64,000 nucleotides of DNA from Dehalococcoidia bacterium. Its GTDB lineage: Bacteria > Chloroflexota > Dehalococcoidia > GIF9 > AB-539-J10. The translations under genes and the position numbers were made by a program. Positions 7,246 to 17,384 of this stretch are shown in pieces. Under the pieces are notes generated by a model. The model was given only the letters and a program-made list of their open reading frames with translations. It searched no databases and was not told the origin of the DNA. Each line of letters begins with the position of its first letter. Positions within the stretch are counted from its first letter, which is position 1. The stretch lies in the NCBI GenBank assembly GCA_030612025.1, contig JAUWOR010000004.1:32001-96000 (forward strand), read 5' to 3'.

Positions 7246-9375
7246 TTCCCTCTCCGACTCCAACTTAGCTAGTTTTACTTTATACTGGCAGGCGGTGCAT
7301 TTTGCCTTGCCGTCTCTATCCAGCACCAAAAGCTTACCACACTCAGGGCAAGGCTGGGGAATTGGTTTATAATTTGTGGCGAATTTACATTGGGGAAAAT
7401 TGCTGCAGCCATAGAAAACTTGCCCTCTTTTATTGACTCTCTCCACCAATTCGACACCACATTGTGGGCAGGGGATTCCGATCTTGACCATGAAGGGGCG
7501 CGTTGTCTTACACTCAGGGTAACCACTACAGGCGAGAAATTTGCCAAACCGTCCCATTTTTACCACCATAGGTCGGCCGCAGTTAGGACATATTTCATCG
7601 GTTGGCTTACTCATATCAACTTTAACTATAGCTAATCGAGCTTTACACAGCATATCCTCGAAGGGAGAGTAAAAGTCTCTTAAAACGGGTATCCATTCCT
7701 GCTTACCTTGAGCTATTTCATCCAGTTGTTCTTCCATCTGTGCTGTGAAACCAAAATCAACAATCTTTGGGAAATGCTCCTTCAAAATGCTATTTACAAT
7801 CACGCCCAGTTCGTGGGGATAGAATTTTCCGTCTGCTTTATACACGTAGTCCCTTTCCTGAATAATCGACAGGATGGGGGCGTAAGTGCTGGGACGACCA
7901 ATACCCCTCTGCTCCAGTGCTTTAATCAAGGTCGCTTCGGTGTAGCGGGGTGGGGGTTGGGTGAAGTGCTGTTCAGGGAAGGTTCCCCAATAGCTTAATC
8001 TGTCACCAATTTTCAACTCAGGCAAGAAAACAAAACCTTCTTGCTCCTCTTCATCCTTAGTTTCGCTATAAACGGTTATGAAGCCAGGAAATTTAACCAC
8101 AGAGCTAGCGGCTTTAAGTAAATAGCCTTGAGATTGCTTCGCTTCGCTCGCAATGACATGGTTGGTTTGTATTTCCACATTGGTTGTGTCGTATAAGGCT
8201 GGTGACATCTGGCTGGCTACCATGCGTTTCCAGATAAGCTGATAGAGTTTTAACTGGGCTGGATTAAGAAATGGTTTAACTTGTTCTGGCTCACGGTAAA
8301 TCTTGGTAGGGCGAATTGCCTCATGAGCTTCCTGCGCCCATTTTGCTTTCCGGGCAAAAACACGTGGCTTTGATGGTAGGAAATCCTCCCCATACTTTTT
8401 AGCGATAAAGTCCCTCACTTCAGCTATAGCGGAGACAGCCACACGAGTGGAGTCGGTGCGCATATAGGTAATAAGCCCCACCGAGCCTTCCTCGCCCAGG
8501 GGCAGGCCTTCGTAAAGCTGTTGAGCCACTGCCATAGTGTGCTTAGCGGTGAAGTGCAGTTTCCTCCAGGCTTCCTGCTGTAAAGTGCTGGTGATGAAAG
8601 GCGGAGCTGGCTGGCGAGCTATTTGTTTGGTTCGTATTGATTTAACGAAATAATTAGCCTTTTCTAAATCGGCAGTAATCTTGTTTGCCTTATTCGCATC
8701 GCTGATATTTAGCTTCGTGCCATCGGCTGAGGCTATGAGTTTGGCTCTAAACTTGGCTTCCTGTTCTTCGAGCGGAGCTAATTCAACCTCGATAATCCAA
8801 TATTCTTTAGGATTAAAGTCCTGAATTTTCTGCTCACGGTCAGCAATCATTCTTACCGCCACCGATTGAACTCTGCCGGCTGAGAGGCCCCTCTGCACCT
8901 TCCGCCATAGCAGGGGGCTTAGTTTATAGCCAACGAGTCTATCGAGGATGCGCCTGGCTTGCTGGGCGTTAACTAAATTTATATCAATGGAGTGGGGGGT
9001 CTTGAATGCTTTTTTTACTGCCTCCTTGGTTATTTCGTGAAAGACAACGCGACGAATAGGCACTTTATCTCTATCTAATTTAGCTGCGGCAACAAGATGC
9101 CAGGAGATTGCCTCTCCCTCACGGTCGGGGTCGGTGGCTAGATAAATAGAGCTGGCTTTACTCGCTGCCTCTTTGATTTCTCGGATTACCTTTCTCTTTC
9201 TCTGTGGGATGACATATTTGGGGGTGAAGTCTTTATCTATATTCACTCCTAAGCTTTTCCGAGGTAAATCACGCACATGTCCTAATGATGCCTTAATGCT
9301 ATAGCTACGCCCCAAAATCTTATTTAGCGTCCTCGCCTTGGCCGGAGATTCAACAATAACTAATTTCTGTGCCAT
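7234..9375 (-). CDS. topA: DNA topoisomerase I
   Basis: IVESPAKA, DPDREGEAI and ITYMRTDS motifs; C-terminal Zn ribbons. Confidence 0.98.
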   Translation of the reverse strand: MAQKLVIVESPAKARTLNKILGRSYSIKASLGHVRDLPRKSLGVNIDKDFTPKYVIPQRKRKVIREIKEAASKASSIYLATDPDREGEAISWHLVAAAKLDRDKVPIRRVVFHEITKEAVKKAFKTPHSIDINLVNAQQARRILDRLVGYKLSPLLWRKVQRGLSAGRVQSVAVRMIADREQKIQDFNPKEYWIIEVELAPLEEQEAKFRAKLIASADGTKLNISDANKANKITADLEKANYFVKSIRTKQIARQPAPPFITSTLQQEAWRKLHFTAKHTMAVAQQLYEGLPLGEEGSVGLITYMRTDSTRVAVSAIAEVRDFIAKKYGEDFLPSKPRVFARKAKWAQEAHEAIRPTKIYREPEQVKPFLNPAQLKLYQLIWKRMVASQMSPALYDTTNVEIQTNHVIASEAKQSQGYLLKAASSVVKFPGFITVYSETKDEEEQEGFVFLPELKIGDRLSYWGTFPEQHFTQPPPRYTEATLIKALEQRGIGRPSTYAPILSIIQERDYVYKADGKFYPHELGVIVNSILKEHFPKIVDFGFTAQMEEQLDEIAQGKQEWIPVLRDFYSPFEDMLCKARLAIVKVDMSKPTDEICPNCGRPMVVKMGRFGKFLACSGYPECKTTRPFMVKIGIPCPQCGVELVERVNKRGQVFYGCSNFPQCKFATNYKPIPQPCPECGKLLVLDRDGKAKCTACQYKVKLAKLESEREEAI

Positions 9376-9378
9376 AAC

Positions 9379-10485
9379 CTACCTTGTTTTAACTTCGTGA
9401 GCCAGCACATAATTCATATTGCCTACTTGTCTGGCTATTCCCTTCAATTCCAGCATGGCTAGCGTGCTGCTTACCTCCGGTATGGTTAAACCGCTACGAC
9501 GGCAAATCTCATCTATATGGTTTGGCTCAGAAGTTAGTTGCTTTAGTATCACAGATTCAGTTTCATCCGCTGGCAGGAACTCCTTGATCTCCAGTTGCTG
9601 TGTTACCATGGTCAAGTTTAATTCTTCTAAAATGTCAGCAAAGTCATGGACCAGCTTGGCTCCTTCCTGTATAAGGCGGTTGGTTCCCTTACTAGAGGGG
9701 GAAAGGATACTGCCTGGGATGGCAAAAACCTCCCGGTTTTGCTCTACTGCCTGATGTGCTGTGATTAAAGCTCCACTCCTTTCTCCAGCCTCCACCACTA
9801 ATACCCCTAAGCTTAGACCGCTCATAATCCGATTGCGAAGTGGAAAGTTCTCAGCCTTAGGTCTTATACCTAAAGGATATTCGCTTAGCAATGCCCCGCT
9901 TTCCATAATAGCTTGGGCTAATTTAACGTTTTCAGCCGGGTAAACAATATCCAGTCCCGAGGCGAAGACAGCTACCGTTCTACCTCCAGCATCTAAAGTA
10001 GCCCGATGGGCTATGGAATCAATTCCTCTGGCTAATCCACTAACAATAGTAATTTTGCTTCTTGCCAGGTCAGCCACGATTTCTTCCGTTACTTGCCGTC
10101 CGTAGATGGTAGGGCGGCGGGTGCCAACCACAGCGAGGCAGGGTTCATCCTGGGATAAAAGATTGCCCCTGACATAGAGCACCGGCGGGTAATCATAGAT
10201 TTGCTTCAATCTAGGAGGATAAGAGGGGTCTTCGCAGGCAAGCACCTTTACCTTGTAGCGTTCCAGCTTTTCTATCTCAGCATCCAGGGAAATCTTGGGA
10301 CGCAGCAGAAGTAAAGCATCTATGCTTCGTGAGTCTAATCCGGCCTGCTTTAACTCGCCTTCCGGGGCTTTCCAAGCGTCCTGTAAACTGCCAAAATGCT
10401 CTTTTAGCTGGGAAACCCTCACTCGGCCAACCCCAGGTATTTTGGAGAAGCCTACCCAGTATTTCAGCTCGTTAGCGCTTACCAT
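9379..10485 (-). CDS. dprA: DNA-processing protein DprA
   Basis: VSGLARGID and FPLRNRIMSG motifs; adjacent to topA. Confidence 0.96.
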   Translation of the reverse strand: MVSANELKYWVGFSKIPGVGRVRVSQLKEHFGSLQDAWKAPEGELKQAGLDSRSIDALLLLRPKISLDAEIEKLERYKVKVLACEDPSYPPRLKQIYDYPPVLYVRGNLLSQDEPCLAVVGTRRPTIYGRQVTEEIVADLARSKITIVSGLARGIDSIAHRATLDAGGRTVAVFASGLDIVYPAENVKLAQAIMESGALLSEYPLGIRPKAENFPLRNRIMSGLSLGVLVVEAGERSGALITAHQAVEQNREVFAIPGSILSPSSKGTNRLIQEGAKLVHDFADILEELNLTMVTQQLEIKEFLPADETESVILKQLTSEPNHIDEICRRSGLTIPEVSSTLAMLELKGIARQVGNMNYVLAHEVKTR

Positions 10486-10573
10486 GGAACTCGAATGGAT
10501 TGTAGCATAGACGGGGTAAGCAAGGAAGAATGTGTACTTGTTCGTATGATGGCTGCCAGATGGGTTCCCTCCT

Positions 10574-10828
10574 TGTCATTGCGGGGCACATTTCCTCTCC
10601 CTTGAGGAGAGGATTGAGGTGAGGGTGATGAACGAAGCAATCTCAACGAAAGGGGATAACCATGGGATTGCTTCGCGGAGCCTGTCCTGAGCGCCACCAG
10701 ATTCTTCGCGGAGTTTATCCTGGTGAGCCGAAGCTCTGAGTCCTGACGATAGGAAGGAACCGAAGAGGAGATTCTTCGGTCGCTTCTCTTCCTCAGAATG
10801 CCAGAAAGCGAAGGACTCGCAATGACAT
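10574..10828. repeat. Large composite palindromic repeat cluster
   Basis: gattgcttcgcggagcctgtcctgagc...gagattcttcggtcgcttctcttcctcagaatg; closely matches the PurN insertion and 58883-59058. Confidence 0.85.
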
Positions 10829-10942
10829 AAAAACTAGCGGTAAAGAGGCTGACAGTATTACCCGCACCTGAAGGATAATAGACACACACTGATTGCCGTA
10901 GCGTGTTAGTCCATGTGCTAGACTAAAAAATTAAACTTTACC

Positions 10943-12115
10943 TCACTTCTCAGCATAGGTGACAGTAAGGGTAACTGAATACCACTCAATATATTGCTTG
11001 ATGCAGTTACCGTTAGTTTTACTCGTAAAGTCGGCTCTCAACTGCAGGCGTCTGGGACTAAGCCCCTTCCCGATCCTGCTTACCTCCTCTGTTACATCTA
11101 TAACTTCCGGGGGGTCCCATATAATGTTGCCCAGTTCCATTTTCCAATCTGCGTAATAACTTGGTAAGTCTCCCGAAGTATCATCACGAATCTGCCATAG
11201 ATGTAACCCTCGAAGCCCTTCGCGGCCTGGGGCGAATGGACTGGGATCACCAACCACTTCCTTTGTGGTAAAAGTGAGCTTGGCCGCCTTTACCTCAGTG
11301 CCTATCAAGCTGTAGAGGTCGAAGCTCCAGAAGGCGCGGTAGCCGACATTATCATCGTCATCTCCGGCCTTAGTAAAAGTATAATGGCGTCCAGTACTGG
11401 ATACTGTGCCAGTTTCGCTGGACACTGGATCAAAGGTTTCCGTCACCTCAGTCCTCTGCGCGGTAATCGATACACTGCCTATAGTGCCACCGCCCTTACC
11501 ATCATCAACGATAACTGTAATAGTAAACTCTCCCTCTCTATCTGGTGCTATCCAGGTGACTGTGCTGCCTGACCCGGTAATGCTGCCATCACTGGCCTTC
11601 CAGTCGTAGTTGAGAACATCGCCATCTGGGTCCGTGGCAACACAGGTAATCGTCGATTTGCCCTGGGGTGGAATTGTAACCGGGTCGGCGACTAAGCTAG
11701 AAATAACTGGGTCCATGTTCTGCACCACACTCATTGTTACACTGGCTTGTGTAATACCACTTTTGCTATCTTTGACAGTAACAGTAATAGTGTAATCTCC
11801 GTATTGCTCTGAAGCTACCCAAGAAACTGTAGGTCCAGTCCCGGTGAATTTGCCACCTGTGGTTGACCATTCATAGCTTATAGTATCACCATCTGGGTCT
11901 GACGCATTGCATTGAATCTCAATCATGTCTGAGGGATAAGCTTGCGTCTGAGCAGGTGTTAGACTTGAGATTTGTGGTGGTTGATTAGCGCTTGGGGTCG
12001 GGGTTGGAGTTGGTGGTGCTGGCGCAGGTTCTTCACTTGGGCCACAGGCACTGCATATTATTATTGTAAGCAGTATAGCCAGAATTACCCCGATTCTTAT
12101 TTTGAATCTATTCAT
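10943..12115 (-). CDS. Putative lipoprotein with two PKD/Ig-like repeats
   Basis: Signal peptide with CSAC lipobox, Pro/Thr linker, two A(S/T)DPDGD..Y.W repeats. Confidence 0.75.
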   Translation of the reverse strand: MNRFKIRIGVILAILLTIIICSACGPSEEPAPAPPTPTPTPSANQPPQISSLTPAQTQAYPSDMIEIQCNASDPDGDTISYEWSTTGGKFTGTGPTVSWVASEQYGDYTITVTVKDSKSGITQASVTMSVVQNMDPVISSLVADPVTIPPQGKSTITCVATDPDGDVLNYDWKASDGSITGSGSTVTWIAPDREGEFTITVIVDDGKGGGTIGSVSITAQRTEVTETFDPVSSETGTVSSTGRHYTFTKAGDDDDNVGYRAFWSFDLYSLIGTEVKAAKLTFTTKEVVGDPSPFAPGREGLRGLHLWQIRDDTSGDLPSYYADWKMELGNIIWDPPEVIDVTEEVSRIGKGLSPRRLQLRADFTSKTNGNCIKQYIEWYSVTLTVTYAEK

Positions 12116-12229
12116 TTTATTTACCTTCCTTATTGGCGCAAGTTAGCTGAAATTAATTATATCTAAGATGTATGTTTTATACAATGCTAGCGACATAACC
12201 TTAGACTCATTATGCTTGAGCAACAGAGC

Positions 12230-12298
12230 TTGGAGGAGTCTACCCAGTATTTCAACTCATCAGTGGTTAGCATAAAAGTTGAATGGATTTTAGCATAG
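12230..12298 (-). pseudogene. Diverged duplicate of the dprA 5' end and upstream region
   Basis: Encodes MLTTDELKYWVDSSK versus DprA MVSANELKYWVGFSK; collinear with 10442-10510. Confidence 0.75.
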
Positions 12299-12335
12299 GC
12301 ACTGGCTAAAGGATAGCTAAATTAGTTCTTAAAGC

Positions 12336-14978
12336 TTAAGTGGTTGGCTCCACCGCTACTCTTGCCGCAGTAAGGCGGGCTACAGGCACACGGTAAGGCG
12401 AGCAACTCACATAGTCTAAGCCTACTTTATGGAAAAATTCTATGGACTTTGGGTCCCCTCCATGTTCCCCACAAACGCCTATCTTTAGGTCAGGCTTGGT
12501 TTTCCTCCCCCTTTCCACTGCTATTTTTATAAGTTCACCAACTCCCTTCTCATCCAAGCTAATGAAAGGGTCAAGCCTAAAAATTTCCCTCTTGAGATAA
12601 GAGGGCATAAAAGTTCCAGCATCGTCTCGACTAATCCCTAGAGCCATTTGAGTTAAATCGTTAGTGCCAAAGGAAAAGAAGTCAGCAAATTTAGCAAGCT
12701 CGTCGGCAATGAGAGCAGCCCTGGGAAGTTCGATCATTATTCCTACTTTATAGGCTAGACCTTCAGCTTCTTTCTCTCTTTTTACCTTCTCACAAGTAGT
12801 AACTACGAGTTCCCTGAGAAACTTTAACTCCTCAACATGTGCTATAAGAGGTAGCATAATCTCAGGAAAGACCCTAACCCCCTTTTTACTCAACTCGCAG
12901 GCAGCCTCCATTATAGCTCTAACCTGTATTTGGTAGATTTCAGGGGAGGTAATGCCAAGACGACATCCGCGATGACCAAGCATAGGATTGGACTCGTGCA
13001 ACTCTTCCACCCTGTCACGAAGCTTTTCAAAGGGAGTGCTTAAGTGCTGGGATAAAGCTTTGAGTTCATCCGCAGCGTAAGGTGGGGGAAGAAATTCATG
13101 AAGAGGAGGGTCTAAAAGGCGAATGGTGACAGGCAAGCCTTCCATTTGTGCAAAAATTTGCCCAAAATCTGCTCTTTGAATCCGCAGAAGCTCTTCCAAA
13201 GCTTTCTCTTTGGCTCTACTCTCTTCAGCAATTATTACTCTCCTAAAGTGGTCTATTCTATCGGGTTGGAAAAACATGTGCTCTGTTCTACAAAGTCCCA
13301 CACCTTCGGCTCCAAGTTCTCTCGCTAGCTTCGCATCTTGGGGATTATCAGCGTTTGCCATAACTTTTAACCTCTTAGCCAAATCTGTCCAAACTAAGAG
13401 TTCTTCTAGATCGCGACCAGGCCTTGGGGCGATAACGGGGAGTTTCCCCGAGAGAACCTCCCCTTCGGTTCCGTCCAAAGTAATGTAGTCCCCTTTTCTG
13501 AATATTCTATTCCCCGCGACAAATTCCCCTCTCCCCTCATTAATGTTTATACCACTTGCGCCCACTATACAAGTTTTCCCCATACCTCGAGTCACCACTG
13601 CGGCGTGTGATGTTATTCCTCCCGTGGCGGTCAGCACCCCTATGGCAGCCCTTATTCCCGAGAAATCATCGGCTGAGGTTTTATTTCTAACTAGAATAAA
13701 CTCATCACCACCTTCGCGGGCGAGCTGAGCCAGCTCCTCTGGATCAAATATTATCTTTCCTGAAGCAACCCCTGGGGAGGCGGGAAGACCCGTAGCAATG
13801 ACTTCTTTTTCCACTGTAGGATCCAGAGTAGGATATAATAGTTGCTCTATATCCTCTGGAGCGATATAACGGAGAGCCTCCTTTTTGCTAATTAATTTTT
13901 CCCTCGCCATATCAATAGCAATTTTGACACCTGCTTGAGCTGTCCTTTTCCCCGCCCTCGTTTGCAAGACCCATAATTTTCCATCCTGGATAGTAAATTC
14001 AATGTCCTGTAAATCTTTAAAGTGTCGTTCCAGTCTCTGAGAAATGTCTGAGAGCTCTTGGTAGCATTGAGGCATAATCTCTGCTAAAGCGCTTATAGGT
14101 TGAGGAGTTCTAATCCCTGCTACTATATCCTCGCCTTGAGCATTGCACATAAATTCTCCAAAAAGCTTCCTTTCCCCTGTTGACGGATCGCGAGAGAAAA
14201 CAACTCCAGCACCACTTCTGTTTCCCATATTCCCAAAAACCATAGCTTGAATATTTGCTGCTGTCCCCCACTCTGAGGGAATATCGTTAGCCTCTCTATA
14301 TGCTATGGCTCTGGGTGTATTCCAGGACTCGAAGACAGCGGAAATGGCTCCCCAAAGTTGCACATAAGGGTCGGAGGGACACTCTTTACCGCTAACTTCT
14401 TTTATTTCGCTTTTCATCCTTTCTAGTAGATTCTTGAGGCCGTCAGCTGAGAGTTCAGTATCTAGTGTAAGGTCCTTCCTCTCCTTTTCATCCTCCAAGA
14501 GTTTCTCAAAAACCTCCCCTGGCATTCCCATCACTATTTTGCCATACATTTGGATAAATCTTCGGTAGCTGTCGTAGGCAAATCTTTCGTTACTCGTACC
14601 TTTTGCTAAGCCACAAACGGTATTTTCATTTAAGCCTACGTTGAGTATGGTGTCCATCATACCTGGCATGGATACTCGGGCGCCCGAGCGCACAGAAAGA
14701 AGTAGGGGATTTCCCTTATCACCAAATTTCGCCCCTATAATTTTTTCTATTTTGGCCAAATTCTCATCTACTTGATGTTTTAATTCTTTGGGATAGCGCT
14801 TATTATTCTGAAAGTAAAGGTTACAGACCTCAGATGTAATGGTAAATCCAAGAGGAACTGGGATTCCCATTCTTGACATCTCGGCAAGATTAGCTCCCTT
14901 ACCTCCTAAAATACTCTTTAGCTCTGCTTTTCCATCCGCTGTGCCACCACCAAAAAAGTAAACGTATTTCGTTTCCAT
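12336..14978 (-). CDS. ppdK: Pyruvate, phosphate dikinase
   Basis: GGKGANL, SVRSGARVSMPGMMDT, TSHAAV and GTNDLTQ motifs. Confidence 0.97.
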   Translation of the reverse strand: METKYVYFFGGGTADGKAELKSILGGKGANLAEMSRMGIPVPLGFTITSEVCNLYFQNNKRYPKELKHQVDENLAKIEKIIGAKFGDKGNPLLLSVRSGARVSMPGMMDTILNVGLNENTVCGLAKGTSNERFAYDSYRRFIQMYGKIVMGMPGEVFEKLLEDEKERKDLTLDTELSADGLKNLLERMKSEIKEVSGKECPSDPYVQLWGAISAVFESWNTPRAIAYREANDIPSEWGTAANIQAMVFGNMGNRSGAGVVFSRDPSTGERKLFGEFMCNAQGEDIVAGIRTPQPISALAEIMPQCYQELSDISQRLERHFKDLQDIEFTIQDGKLWVLQTRAGKRTAQAGVKIAIDMAREKLISKKEALRYIAPEDIEQLLYPTLDPTVEKEVIATGLPASPGVASGKIIFDPEELAQLAREGGDEFILVRNKTSADDFSGIRAAIGVLTATGGITSHAAVVTRGMGKTCIVGASGININEGRGEFVAGNRIFRKGDYITLDGTEGEVLSGKLPVIAPRPGRDLEELLVWTDLAKRLKVMANADNPQDAKLARELGAEGVGLCRTEHMFFQPDRIDHFRRVIIAEESRAKEKALEELLRIQRADFGQIFAQMEGLPVTIRLLDPPLHEFLPPPYAADELKALSQHLSTPFEKLRDRVEELHESNPMLGHRGCRLGITSPEIYQIQVRAIMEAACELSKKGVRVFPEIMLPLIAHVEELKFLRELVVTTCEKVKREKEAEGLAYKVGIMIELPRAALIADELAKFADFFSFGTNDLTQMALGISRDDAGTFMPSYLKREIFRLDPFISLDEKGVGELIKIAVERGRKTKPDLKIGVCGEHGGDPKSIEFFHKVGLDYVSCSPYRVPVARLTAARVAVEPTT

Positions 14979-15039
14979 TTTTTATCCCCTCTTTTCAGTC
15001 TTTGATTTTAGACACCTTGTATATTGTAACACTTGCTGC

Positions 15040-15199
15040 TGCCAGAGGAAGAGCAAAGTCCATTTAGTGGCAAGTCCTACGGAAACCACCATCTAGGGAT
15101 GGCGAATCTTTTCTCGCAGCCTTGGCAATATATCCTACGAGCCAAGCCACAAGCAGCACCGCCACTTCGAACTAAACCAACTTTTTGGGGTTTACCCAC
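15040..15199 (-). pseudogene. Possible degenerate patatin-like N-terminal fragment
   Basis: VGKPQKVGLVRSGGAACGLA resembles the patatin KVGLALxGGAARGLAH start; frame closes early. Confidence 0.35.
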
Positions 15200-15210
15200 T
15201 GAAATCTCCT

Positions 15211-15906
15211 CTAATCTTTGAGAGCATAATCTACGGCAGCTCTCGCATGTATTGTCGTGGTGTCAAAAAGAAGAACTGGGCAATCTTCTTGTTTTACCAA
15301 AAGAGGCAATTCTGTGCAGCCTAAAATAATCCCCCGAGCGCCATCATCAACAAGACCTTTCATAATTGTTTTAATTTGCTCTCTTGATGAGTGCTTTATT
15401 TCTCCTAGGCATAATTCCTTAAAAATCACACTGTGGATTACCTGGCGGGCAGCTTCGTTGGGAATTAAAACATCGAGAGCATACTTCTCTTTTAGACGCC
15501 CTTTATAAAAATCCTCTTCCATGGTGAATGTAGAACCTAAAAGGCCAAGTTTCTTAAAACCGAACGTAATAATCTTCTCGGCAGTAACGTCAGCGATATG
15601 CAGTAGGGGAATGTTTATATTTGCGGCCACATCATTTGCCATTTTGTGCATTGTATTAGTGCAAATTAGAACAAAATCTGCCCCGCCTCTTTCTACTCTT
15701 TTCGCCGCCTCTATCATTAAATTTGTCGCCTCATCCCATCTTCCTCCACGCTGAAGTTCTCCAATATCTTCAAAATCAAAGCTATAAATTACGATTTTCG
15801 CTGAATGAAGGCCGCCTAATCTTCCTTTTACAGCTTTATTTATAATCCGGTAATACTCTGCCGTTGATTCCCAGCTCATCCCACCAATAAGCCCGATTGT
15901 TTTCAT
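15211..15906 (-). CDS. Aspartate/glutamate racemase family protein
   Basis: MKTIGLIGGMSWEST, CTNT and GCTE motifs; start ATG 15906 behind AAGGAG. Confidence 0.93.
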   Translation of the reverse strand: MKTIGLIGGMSWESTAEYYRIINKAVKGRLGGLHSAKIVIYSFDFEDIGELQRGGRWDEATNLMIEAAKRVERGGADFVLICTNTMHKMANDVAANINIPLLHIADVTAEKIITFGFKKLGLLGSTFTMEEDFYKGRLKEKYALDVLIPNEAARQVIHSVIFKELCLGEIKHSSREQIKTIMKGLVDDGARGIILGCTELPLLVKQEDCPVLLFDTTTIHARAAVDYALKD

Positions 15907-15933
15907 AACTGTTCTCCTTTGTCTCTTAACGGT

Positions 15934-16009
15934 GTCTAACATTTTACGTGTTTACGAGGTGCTGAAGGCATTTAGATAAGCGAAGCGAACCGCAAACACG
16001 CTGTTATGT
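15934..16009 (-). other. attC-like integron cassette recombination site
   Basis: Minus strand ACATAAC-agCGTGTTTGCGGT...ACCTCGTAAACACG-taaaat-GTTAGAC; the upstream gene's stop lies within the AAC box. Confidence 0.6.
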
Positions 16010-16720
16010 GCAGTCAAAATGATCATCGCATTTGTATGGCTTGTATCTATTTTCTTTTGCATAATCATTTATGACTTTCCAAGTTTTATTTATCAACTCA
16101 CCAGTTTTCGCCATGATAAAAAAGGCAACTATGTTATCCGACAGGCATATAGGACCTCTTGTATTCATGCCTCTGCGAACTTTTTGTCCAATCTGCGCAA
16201 AGTAACTCTCTCGTTTTACTCTTGGGATATACTGATAGACCAAAATTAGTGAGTTAGAGTCCATGCGAGCGTATAAAGCACTTAACTCACTATACTTCAA
16301 GTACTTATGACCATTTCCACTTCGCATACTCTTAACTTCAAATCCATTGTCTGGGTCGATTACTACTACCGATCTATTAAGGATAGAAGAGTCAATGCTA
16401 TCAAAATATTGTTCCCTTCCTGCATTTGAAAAATATTCATCCTCTTTATAGGGGTGGTATTCTATATTTTTGCTTGACATGAAAAAGCGAAGATTCTTTA
16501 TATTCCTATTTGATTCCTTTATGCAGCCCTTTAGAAAATTGTCTAACTCTCTTCGTCTACTTCCATCATAGTCGGTCCGACTGCCGTGACCAGAGGGATC
16601 ATGTTCTGTGAGCATTGGAATAAAAGTAAAGCACTTTAAGTTGTCTATTTTCTCAATCAAAGTAAGAACCAAGTCATACTTAAGAAAATCATTCTTATCA
16701 CCGAAATACTGGTTTTTCAT
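16004..16720 (-). CDS. Hypothetical protein (MKNQYFGD...DPDNG), possibly methyltransferase-like fold; cassette-like gene
   Basis: 238-aa AT-rich ORF ending in the attC-like site; the fold is a guess. Confidence 0.65.
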   Translation of the reverse strand: MKNQYFGDKNDFLKYDLVLTLIEKIDNLKCFTFIPMLTEHDPSGHGSRTDYDGSRRRELDNFLKGCIKESNRNIKNLRFFMSSKNIEYHPYKEDEYFSNAGREQYFDSIDSSILNRSVVVIDPDNGFEVKSMRSGNGHKYLKYSELSALYARMDSNSLILVYQYIPRVKRESYFAQIGQKVRRGMNTRGPICLSDNIVAFFIMAKTGELINKTWKVINDYAKENRYKPYKCDDHFDCT

Positions 16721-16797
16721 TTCACCAAATTTCCTCTATTTTGATTAAGTCAAAATTGGCTGGCGGGCGCTCGCTGTAGGCGAGTCCTTTTCCACTT

Positions 16798-16886
16798 TGG
16801 CGGAGAGGGTGGGATTCGAACCTGCGGTCACCAAAGGCAACATGCGCTCTCCAGTCGCGCCTGATAGGCCACTCCAGCACCACTCC
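16798..16886 (-). pseudogene. Degenerate full-length copy of tRNA-Ser(GGA)
   Basis: Collinear with 17283-17371, with mismatches in the acceptor, anticodon and T stems. Confidence 0.8.
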
Positions 16887-16901
16887 TATGCCCTTTTTGT
16901 C

Positions 16902-17002
16902 TCACCTCCTTTTAATTCGTATCTTCCGTGGTTCTATGATAATCAAGTTTCCCTCGAAGTCATCCTCAGATAGGTCGTTGAGTCTTTTTGTAGTTTTGGC
17001 AT
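16902..17002 (-). pseudogene. Collapsed DUF5615/PIN-like toxin remnant
   Basis: ATG right after the DUF433 stop (MPK...), then out-of-frame LNDLSEDDFEGNLIIIEPRKIRIKRR*, resembling the family C-terminus. Confidence 0.5.
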
Positions 17003-17003
17003 T

Positions 17004-17228
17004 TTATCCTGCTGCCTTGATCTCTTCGCTGGACAGGGTCTTAGCAGCATAGTCAAGGGCAGCTAATATATCCTCGTGAGTGATTTCGTACTCAGCCATA
17101 ACCTCCGCGTAGGTCATTCCTCCAGCAAGTTTGCCAATAATAAGGTCTACTGGGACGCGTGTCCCGCTAATCACAGGCTTACCAAAACGAATTTTCTCAT
17201 CCACGCTAATCCTCGGGGCTATTTCCAT
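17004..17228 (-). CDS. DUF433 antitoxin-like protein
   Basis: RFGKPVISGTRVPV and DILAALDYA motifs. Confidence 0.9.
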   Translation of the reverse strand: MEIAPRISVDEKIRFGKPVISGTRVPVDLIIGKLAGGMTYAEVMAEYEITHEDILAALDYAAKTLSSEEIKAAG

Positions 17229-17282
17229 GGCGTTCCTCCTTTGATCATAATTCTTTATATCACTTTCTTCTCTAATTCAACT

Positions 17283-17371
<89 letters not shown>

Positions 17372-17384
17372 AGCTATACGTTCT

